Shown here one piece after another: positions 57,822 through 64,000 of a stretch of DNA of 64,000 nucleotides. Made by a program: the position numbers and the translations under genes. This DNA is from an uncultured Clostridia bacterium (GTDB taxonomy: Bacteria > Bacillota > Clostridia > TANB77 > CAG-508): positions 715 through 64,714 of the forward strand of contig CAUWBF010000009.1 in NCBI GenBank assembly GCA_963557785.1, written 5' to 3'. The notes beneath the pieces are model-generated. The model made no database searches. It saw nothing but the letters and a program-made list of their open reading frames with translations, and was not told the origin of the DNA. How positions within the stretch are numbered: the first letter of the stretch is position 1; each line of letters starts with the position of its first letter.

Positions 57822-58193
57822 TTAGATTCCAAAACTCAAATTCTCGTAACCAAAAAATGCTGGCATCACAGTTGCCGCACCAATTAGAAAAAGCAGTGAA
57901 CCTATCAACATGACCACACTCTTTGTTATATCGCCTTCGTGATAATTCATCTTTATTGCAATTTGCAAAGCTGAAATTATGGAAAGGATAGCAGCTACGG
58001 CATTTAGCAATTCTACGGCATACTTTGTCATTGTTCCTACAAAAACAGCTGCATTATGAAGTTGCTGGGCACCCAATGAGTAATTAACAGCACCACACCT
58101 TGCTGAAACTGTCAGGGGAATGAATATGGCCATGAAAAAAAACAGGCAGAGTAACTTTGTATTATAACATTGTAATTTCATCATGTCTCTCAA
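57822..58193 (-). CDS. second TraE-like pilin-like paralog
   Basis: 123 aa; same architecture; C-terminus VMPAFFGYEN. Confidence 0.45.
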   Translation of the reverse strand: MRDMMKLQCYNTKLLCLFFFMAIFIPLTVSARCGAVNYSLGAQQLHNAAVFVGTMTKYAVELLNAVAAILSIISALQIAIKMNYHEGDITKSVVMLIGSLLFLIGAATVMPAFFGYENLSFGI

Positions 58194-58941
58194 TATTACA
58201 ATTTTCCTTATTTTCTCTCACCATTTTAGTCAATTCCTCTGGAGTCATCAATCCATTTTGGAATAGTTGAACATTTTCTAATGAGTTGTTGATAGTATCA
58301 AGAATTTCAGTCACATTTTTGGAAGGCTTTGGGGCAAATGTTTTATTAACTGTATACTTGGTAGTTCTTAGATTCTCATCGAATAATTCAGAATTACTCA
58401 AATCTTTTCGAGGAGTTTCTTTGCCAAAAACGGAGCTAATATCTTCAGCTTGAAACATTGAGTTTTCTTCCTCTGAATTTGCCGATTCTTCTTCAGAAGA
58501 TTTTTCAGCATCCTTAGCTTCACTATCTATATCTGATTCTTGCGGTTGTGTTGTCTCTTGCTGATCGGTTGCTTTATCCTCTTCTTGATTTTGTACTTCT
58601 GATTCTGAATCTTGATTTTCCGAGTCTTTATGTTCCTCTTTTAACTCATCTTTTCCAGATTCTTTCTGATATGTGATTTCTTCAGGTGCTTCCTGAATCT
58701 CTTCATTTTCTTTCGGGTCTTCTGTATTATTTACAAAACTAAAGCTGCCTGAAGACGTTTCAACAACACTTTGCGGAGTGTATTCTTCATCATCTTCTTC
58801 AGTGTCGTCGCCCGAAGCTATGGTTAGTTCATTCTTATTATCCTTCTTATTCTTTGCATTCAAATCCATTGTAATGAGCGTGATGTAGTAAAGAATAAGT
58901 GCAATGGTTAGAACTATTGCATAAATCGAAAATGGACTCAT
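58162..58941 (-). CDS. membrane-anchored highly acidic protein (TraD position)
   Basis: 259 aa; N-terminal TM; long D/E/S/Q-rich region. Confidence 0.45.
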   Translation of the reverse strand: MSPFSIYAIVLTIALILYYITLITMDLNAKNKKDNKNELTIASGDDTEEDDEEYTPQSVVETSSGSFSFVNNTEDPKENEEIQEAPEEITYQKESGKDELKEEHKDSENQDSESEVQNQEEDKATDQQETTQPQESDIDSEAKDAEKSSEEESANSEEENSMFQAEDISSVFGKETPRKDLSNSELFDENLRTTKYTVNKTFAPKPSKNVTEILDTINNSLENVQLFQNGLMTPEELTKMVRENKENCNIERHDEITML

Positions 58942-59170
58942 TTTTTATTATTTTGTAGTTATTCACAATTGATTTTCATGACAAAATTACATAGTTATTT
59001 TTGTTCCAAAGGAATTAAGACTACGGAAAAACCATTTTTGAAGCAATAATTTTTTTTTGGTTCTATTTTAACTATATAATGAAACCAAAATGCTGCTAAT
59101 CAAGTATATAGATTCTGGTTAGATGAAGGGTTGACTAAGAGAATATATGGTATTTTACAGGGTGGAAGAC

Positions 59171-59891
59171 TTAACTTCGTTTTATCCCAAATTCTTCGCG
59201 TAACATTTTCATAAGGGCATTTTGAGCATGGTCTCTGGTTTTATCACCGGTGAATATTTGGTCATCATAGAAGCAGCAGCGGTCATAAACTTCCTTTAGC
59301 TTGCCGGTTTCAACAATCTTATCAACGGCTAATTGGGCCGCATTGTCTACCGGATAGCCCATTGCATTAAACACCCATCTGTACACATAGGTATATTGCG
59401 AGAATTGGTCTCCTTTTTCCTGTCGTGGATGAAGGGTGTTGATGGTAAAAAACAATTGTATCAGCTTTCGGTTTTCTGCCTTTTATGGGATTCTTGCAAA
59501 TGAGTTTGTAGTCAAACCATATTTCGGATTCGCTTTCTTTAATTCTCTGCTGACTGGGACGAAGAATTTTTTGGTCTATCTGAGAGTTCGAATAGACTTC
59601 TGAAATACCCAAGTCTGTTCTAAACTGTTCAATAGGATAATAATATTCTCTTCGAGCATGTTGGCTGCAAATAATTTTATATATCCTCTTGGTGTAATTG
59701 CCTCTTAAACTCAATGCTATGGATTTTGAAAACCGCGTGCCGCCTACACCGACTCCATAATAAATCAAAAATGGTATGGCCCAGGGATTGATGTTGATAG
59801 TTATTTTATTCGTGTTCTTTATATCATGTATGGTTGTAATGACAACGCCTGTTGTCTCTCTATTGTCTGATGAATGCGAGGATGAAGCCAT
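59171..59891 (-). pseudogene. tra-operon gene split by apparent frameshift at an A6/T6 tract (~59445-59450)
   Basis: The 174-aa ORF (59367..59891) and the downstream-frame ORF (59171..59455, which would need a TTG start) overlap. The stop-to-stop frame of the second opens just upstream of the homopolymer, so one indel would fuse them. Confidence 0.4.
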
Positions 59892-60184
59892 CTGAATGAA
59901 AATAGTTTCTTGGTTAAGTCCAGAGCTTCTTTATATACTTTCTTTTTATTGTTTTTACCTCCTGCTTCATCACAAGATATAGTAACATAGGGTTGATTAA
60001 ACAAATCTCGCGGCAATTCTTGCTCACGGCTCATGTGCTTTTGGATATTGTCGCCAATCAAAGTTAGAAGATTTTCTTGCCAGTCTGTCACATTGTATTG
60101 CCCAAAAGTTACATTATTGGGCTGTATCAGCATGATTTCTTCTTTGGAAGGAGGATTGAAGTTTAGGGAATCGTGATTTGTCAT
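59819..60184 (-). CDS. hypothetical protein (TraC position)
   Basis: 121-aa ORF, first gene downstream of the 60757 repeat on the minus strand. Confidence 0.4.
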   Translation of the reverse strand: MTNHDSLNFNPPSKEEIMLIQPNNVTFGQYNVTDWQENLLTLIGDNIQKHMSREQELPRDLFNQPYVTISCDEAGGKNNKKKVYKEALDLTKKLFSFRWLHPRIHQTIERQQALSLQPYMI

Positions 60185-60756
60185 GATTGAAAAAGATTTA
60201 GTGATGTGATTTCAATGAACTAAGAATGGGATTCAGCAAAGTTTTAGGGAAGGTGGAAATGAGTGCAGACTTGATAAGTCTATGTTTTAGATATAAGTGA
60301 TTGATATGCAAATATATATATTAAAAATAACATGGAAAAATAATAATCATTTTTTATTGGTATGATTAGTATTTTGGGTTCTTTAGGTAAGGCTGAATTT
60401 AGTATTTTGGGTATCTTTTGGTCTTGGATTTTAGTATTTTGGGTATTTTCCCTCGTATTTTTTTGACTTGAAATGCTTGATAATCAGTCGATATTTTGTT
60501 AATAAATCTAATCTTACAAGAATCTCTACAAAGACTATCTCTACAAGAAAGGCAAAAGTGGTTTTTATTTAATGATTTATGAGGGAATAAATAAAAAAGG
60601 GAAATAAAAAATGCTACGCATTAGCCTTCCTTCGTCAATGCTTTAGCTTAGATATAAATATAAGAACCTACCTACATAAATGTGGGTAGGTAGGTTCTTG
60701 TGAATTACCGCTAAACTAAAGATTTAGTGGCTTCGGAGATTTTTCCTGCTTCTTCC

Positions 60757-60787
60757 TGCCACGGCTTTTTAGGACACAAGGTCGGTC
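60757..60787. repeat. right copy of the inverted repeat pair (partner at 35957..35985)
   Basis: CTGCCACGGCTTTTTAGGACACAAGGTC read directly. Confidence 0.5.
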
Positions 60788-60837
60788 ATCCACAAGAGGA
60801 TAGTCCAATGATTTTGATGTCGTATGTACTATTGAAG

Positions 60838-61026
60838 TCATGCTACGGAGTTCGTTTCCGTACCACGACTCAATGCGCCCTGTTGCGTCACGTTGAACGC
60901 AATCGCGTTCTCGGGGAGAGTGTTGGTGCCGTCCAACAACTCGTCACTTGAACAGCTGCTAAAGCTGCCACTCATTGTTGCTGCAGCTAACATAGCCATG
61001 CAGCTCAGGCGAAATTTACTTTTCAT
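60838..61026 (-). CDS. small lipoprotein
   Basis: 62 aa; signal peptide + SSCSSDE lipobox. Confidence 0.3.
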   Translation of the reverse strand: MKSKFRLSCMAMLAAATMSGSFSSCSSDELLDGTNTLPENAIAFNVTQQGALSRGTETNSVA

Positions 61027-61226
61027 TTTGTTGTAATTTTAATTGTTGATGTTTGATTGAATTTAAATAAATCTTCCTTGCCGAAGAAGACATCCTTGTC
61101 TTCTGTTTCGGCGGAAATGACAATACCGATAAAGGGGTTGTCCTCAACCTCTATGACTGTTCCTGTTATCCAGCCTTCCATCCGGGTCAGGTCTGGAGAA
61201 ATCAAAACCTTGTCTCCTATTTTCAT
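61023..61226 (-). CDS. small hypothetical protein
   Basis: 67-aa ORF; weak. Confidence 0.3.
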   Translation of the reverse strand: MKIGDKVLISPDLTRMEGWITGTVIEVEDNPFIGIVISAETEDKDVFFGKEDLFKFNQTSTIKITTK

Positions 61227-61398
61227 GATTGGTGTATTTTATTCGACCTTTTTCAAGTCTATTGTTACAATATATTTTTCGTTTGCGCTATTTAGGTGTT
61301 GTTTAAAATTAAAGGTCCTGAAAAAGTATGTGGTGGAAAAATTCCACCACATAGGAGACCTTATAATTCTTTATTGCTTATAAGTACAAATTGAAGAT

Positions 61399-62328
61399 TT
61401 AATCTTGAAATTTCTGCCAAACAGAAGGCATATTTGCATAGTCCGTCAGACCGGTGCAATATTCGAATACCCCGAAATGCAATCCGGGTTCTTCAAAGAG
61501 TTCAGGATAGAGTTCTCGTTCGTACAGATGTACTTTTTTCCCCTCTACTACCGTATAAGGTGATTCTCCTTTCAATGATGTACAGTTGGAAAAAAGGCCT
61601 GAAAATACTTCTATCTTACGGTTGTTGTCAAAGAGACTGGCCGGAATAGAGGTTATGAAACTGCAATCGGAAAAGGCATAACTGAAATCGGTGACGTTCG
61701 GGTTGTGAGCAAAAAGAGCAGAGGGTATTGAAACTAACCTTTTGCATGCAGCAAAGCTACTTGAAAAATCAGTAACTGCCGGGCAGTTTGCAAACAATTT
61801 CTCTGGGATGGACTCTAATTTACGGCAATTGTAAAACAGCCATGCAAAGTTCTCTGCTGCTTGATTGTTTGCAAACAAATCTTCCGGAATGGCAGTCAGA
61901 GCTGTACAACGAAGGAAGGCTCCTGAAAAACTAGTGGCATTGGGATGGTTTGCAAAGAGATTGGCAGGAACACTCGTTAACTTGGTACAGCCTAAGAATA
62001 CATCCGAGAAATCCGTAATACCTTCTTTGAAGGTGATGTAAATCTTGGGGTCTTTGAGTTCCGGCACAGTGATTACTCCACTTTCATTACCGGTAATAAG
62101 TTCCTTTCCATCGGCAATGATGGATTTGCAGTACTCGGCCTTGTTAATCAGTTGCACATTGGCTCCTGGCATATAGGAAAGATTGTCGTAGTGGGGAACT
62201 TCCGGCTTTTCTTCTGGGGGATATTCACTCATAATGTCATCATCTTCACTTGAACAGCTGCTAAAGCTCAAAACGAATGTCATCAGCGTAAAAATGGCCA
62301 TAAAGCCAACATTGATATATTTTTTCAT
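61399..62328 (-). CDS. BspA-type leucine-rich-repeat lipoprotein
   Basis: Start trimmed to MKKYINVGFMAIFTLMTFVLSFSSCSSEDDD (lipoprotein signal). Conserved N-terminal (LINKAEYCKSIIADGKEL...) and C-terminal (GESPYT...LTDYA) regions shared with 37876..39258. Confidence 0.62.
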   Translation of the reverse strand: MKKYINVGFMAIFTLMTFVLSFSSCSSEDDDIMSEYPPEEKPEVPHYDNLSYMPGANVQLINKAEYCKSIIADGKELITGNESGVITVPELKDPKIYITFKEGITDFSDVFLGCTKLTSVPANLFANHPNATSFSGAFLRCTALTAIPEDLFANNQAAENFAWLFYNCRKLESIPEKLFANCPAVTDFSSSFAACKRLVSIPSALFAHNPNVTDFSYAFSDCSFITSIPASLFDNNRKIEVFSGLFSNCTSLKGESPYTVVEGKKVHLYERELYPELFEEPGLHFGVFEYCTGLTDYANMPSVWQKFQD

Positions 62329-62407
62329 AATTGGTTTTTTAAAGGTGCCCACCTCAAAGGTTTTTGTATTGCATGTCTTTAAAAGTGGACACCAAGTTTG
62401 TTTTTTG

Positions 62408-62755
62408 TTAAAATAATTCTTTTGCGTTCTTCTTTTGATTTTCAAAAACCTCACCATGCTTTTGCTCATAGAGGTCTATGGCCTTCTCGAAAGCTGCTGA
62501 TACAATGTCTTTAATAGGCAAGCCTTCTCTCTTGGCGATGATTCTTATTTTTTTTAACAACTCGGAAGAAACGATGGTGCAAAAGCGTTCTTCACTCTTT
62601 GCACGCTCTTTTTCTTTTTGCTTCTCTCTGGCTGTGCCTTGTTCAACAGATTTTTTTATTACAGGAGGTTCCGGTTGCGGAGGTGTCTCTTGTTTTTCTG
62701 TAGGTTCATTTTTCGTCAAGCCTGAGAATAAAGCATCTAAGCTTGTATTGTTCAT
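62408..62755 (-). CDS. TraB-like small protein
   Basis: 115 aa with basic/Pro-rich N-terminus; second gene after the ParA-like gene as in Bacteroides tra operons. Confidence 0.4.
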   Translation of the reverse strand: MNNTSLDALFSGLTKNEPTEKQETPPQPEPPVIKKSVEQGTAREKQKEKERAKSEERFCTIVSSELLKKIRIIAKREGLPIKDIVSAAFEKAIDLYEQKHGEVFENQKKNAKELF

Positions 62756-62773
62756 GCTTTTTTCTTATTAGGG

Positions 62774-63532
62774 TTATTGTATGTGAGCTAAAAACTCGTC
62801 CGTAAAAGCTGCATAGTCTTTAGCTCCATTGCTATTCTTATCATAGTCAAGAATGTCTTGTCGTTCCAATGGGGCTTCGGCCAAGCGTACATTCTTGCGA
62901 ATTTTTGTTTGGAATACAGTATCACCAACTGCTTCGCGTAATTTGGCTTCAATACCGCGTGAAAGATTGCTTGTTTCCCAACGAGTAATGAGAATGCCGG
63001 AAATGTGAGCCTTCGGGTTCAGCCTTGTACTAACCATATTGATGAAATCATTAATCATCGTTAAACCTTTAAAGGGTAACACTTCTGAGATAAGAGGAAT
63101 AACAATATCTGTTGATGCGGTAAACGCATTCAGTGTCATAAGCCCTAAAGATGGGGGGCAGTCGAGGAATACGAAGTCGTATTTTTCCTCTACCTTTGCT
63201 TTTTGTAGGACATCTGATAGGATTCTTTCTCTTGCTATCGCTGTGGAAAGTTCCACATCAACCATTGCCAAGGTCAAAGAAGCAGGAACCAAGTGCAGAT
63301 TTTCATTGAGCGAAACGATAGGAAGTTCTTCTACTTTACCGGTAAGTGCATCATAGATAGTAGGACCTTCCGTAGGTGCAGATAAGGACGTAGTGAGGTT
63401 AGACTGAGCATCAAGGTCGATGAGTAGGACTTTATATCCTTTTTTGCTGAGAATGCTTCCAAGACTGGCTACTGTTGTTGTTTTACCTACACCGCCTTTG
63501 TGATTTGCAACTGCAATAATTTTGGTATTCAT
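62774..63532 (-). CDS. ParA/MinD-family ATPase (TraA-like)
   Basis: Start reset to MNTKIIAVANHKGGVGKTT (deviant Walker A). The track ORF extends upstream to 63700 but the homologous start is at 63532. Confidence 0.78.
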   Translation of the reverse strand: MNTKIIAVANHKGGVGKTTTVASLGSILSKKGYKVLLIDLDAQSNLTTSLSAPTEGPTIYDALTGKVEELPIVSLNENLHLVPASLTLAMVDVELSTAIARERILSDVLQKAKVEEKYDFVFLDCPPSLGLMTLNAFTASTDIVIPLISEVLPFKGLTMINDFINMVSTRLNPKAHISGILITRWETSNLSRGIEAKLREAVGDTVFQTKIRKNVRLAEAPLERQDILDYDKNSNGAKDYAAFTDEFLAHIQ

Positions 63533-63624
63533 ACAAATATTGATTTTTGAGGTTGAAAAAATGAGGATTTTGCTTGATATTTTGATACGAGAAAGTTCCT
63601 TAATGTAGTGGGGAAAACTCCTCT

Positions 63625-64000
63625 TTATAATTTGTTGCTGTGGTACCATTGGAGTAACTCCTGATGGGTAAATGCAACAAGTTTGACTCGCTGAATACAT
63701 TGTGCCAAGGATTTCTGTCCTTCCTTGGTCGTGGGGAATGATATTGACGCAATATCATTCTTGTAAGCTAAAGGCAGCTCGTGTTTTAATGCAACTTCTT
63801 TTGCGTTTTCTCCGAAGATTTCATTGAGGTTGTCATCTTTGTCTTGTAAAACCAATGTGCTGCCATCTTTAATGTCCTGACTTAGGTTATTATAAAAACA
63901 GACCTTTGCTGTAAAAAGTTCATCCATTTGTTCGAAATTGGCAGGATCGTTTGATGATACTATGTGGTCTGCTGCAGTGGCTTCTACATGGAATTTTGCG
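63625..64000 (-). CDS. hypothetical protein (partial, runs off right edge)
   Basis: Frame stays open upstream of the annotated M to position 64000 (AKFHVEATAADHIVSSNDPANFEQ-MDELF...). Confidence 0.3.
   Translation of the reverse strand, partial: AKFHVEATAADHIVSSNDPANFEQMDELFTAKVCFYNNLSQDIKDGSTLVLQDKDDNLNEIFGENAKEVALKHELPLAYKNDIASISFPTTKEGQKSLAQCIQRVKLVAFTHQELLQWYHSNKL

Larger units (their letters stand above)
42521..63532 (-). mobile_element. Bacteroidetes-type conjugative T4SS (tra) gene cluster of an ICE/conjugative transposon
   Basis: Collinear order on one strand: ParA-like, TraB-like, VirB2-like (x2), VirB3-like, VirB4, polytopic VirB6-like, TraK/L/M/N/O-like, coupling protein. Confidence 0.6.

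Noticed and set aside
35957-60787. Considered the 27-nt inverted repeats as terminal inverted repeats of a transposon or the ICE ends.
   Set aside because: The tra operon genes (TraA/TraB-like at 62.4-63.5 kb) continue beyond the right copy and no transposase is adjacent, so they are not simple element termini. They are kept as a finding with other interpretations.

Overview
The whole window looks like one large segment of a Bacteroidetes-type integrative conjugative element (conjugative transposon), about 38-42% GC. No rRNA or tRNA genes, no CRISPR array and no integrase/tyrosine recombinase are visible.

Right half (42.5-64 kb, minus strand): a near-complete Bacteroides-style tra/T4SS operon. 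It runs ParA-like TraA, TraB-like, VirB2-like TraE (two copies), VirB3-like TraF, VirB4-like TraG ATPase, then TraH- to TraO-position proteins, then a VirD4-type coupling protein. Non-canonical insertions interrupt it: a BspA-type leucine-rich-repeat (LRR) lipoprotein, an 871-aa secreted coiled-coil protein, and a frameshifted gene.

Left half:
- Two tandem MobV-family (HxDE..PHxH) relaxase paralogs sharing a ~390-bp near-identical tract, preceded by a nested-palindrome candidate oriT.
- Three tandem orphan Phd/YefM-like antitoxin genes with no toxin partner.
- A minus-strand block resembling a conjugative leading/establishment region: PRTase-domain protein, ArdC-like antirestriction protein with HExxH, SSB-like protein, a second ArdC-N-like protein with a degenerate protease motif, Toprim primase-like protein, and a fused GH73-M23 cell-wall hydrolase plus a separate split GH73 + M23 pair.
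- A far-left accessory cluster: DEDDh exonuclease, ASCH protein, XRE HTH, and a resolvase-like protein with a mutated catalytic motif.

Most novel-looking items:
- Two inverted LRR-gene paralogs (one with a lipoprotein signal, one without) sharing conserved 5' and 3' ends about 24 kb apart, interleaved with a separate ~27-nt inverted repeat pair.
- A pair of hexapeptide-repeat (beta-helix) paralogs: one carries an in-frame TAG where its partner has CAG; the other is fused to a C-terminal XRE HTH.
- A PRTase + ArdC pair.
- An orphan antitoxin array with a perfect palindromic operator.

All family assignments rest on motifs read directly from the translations. No database search was possible.
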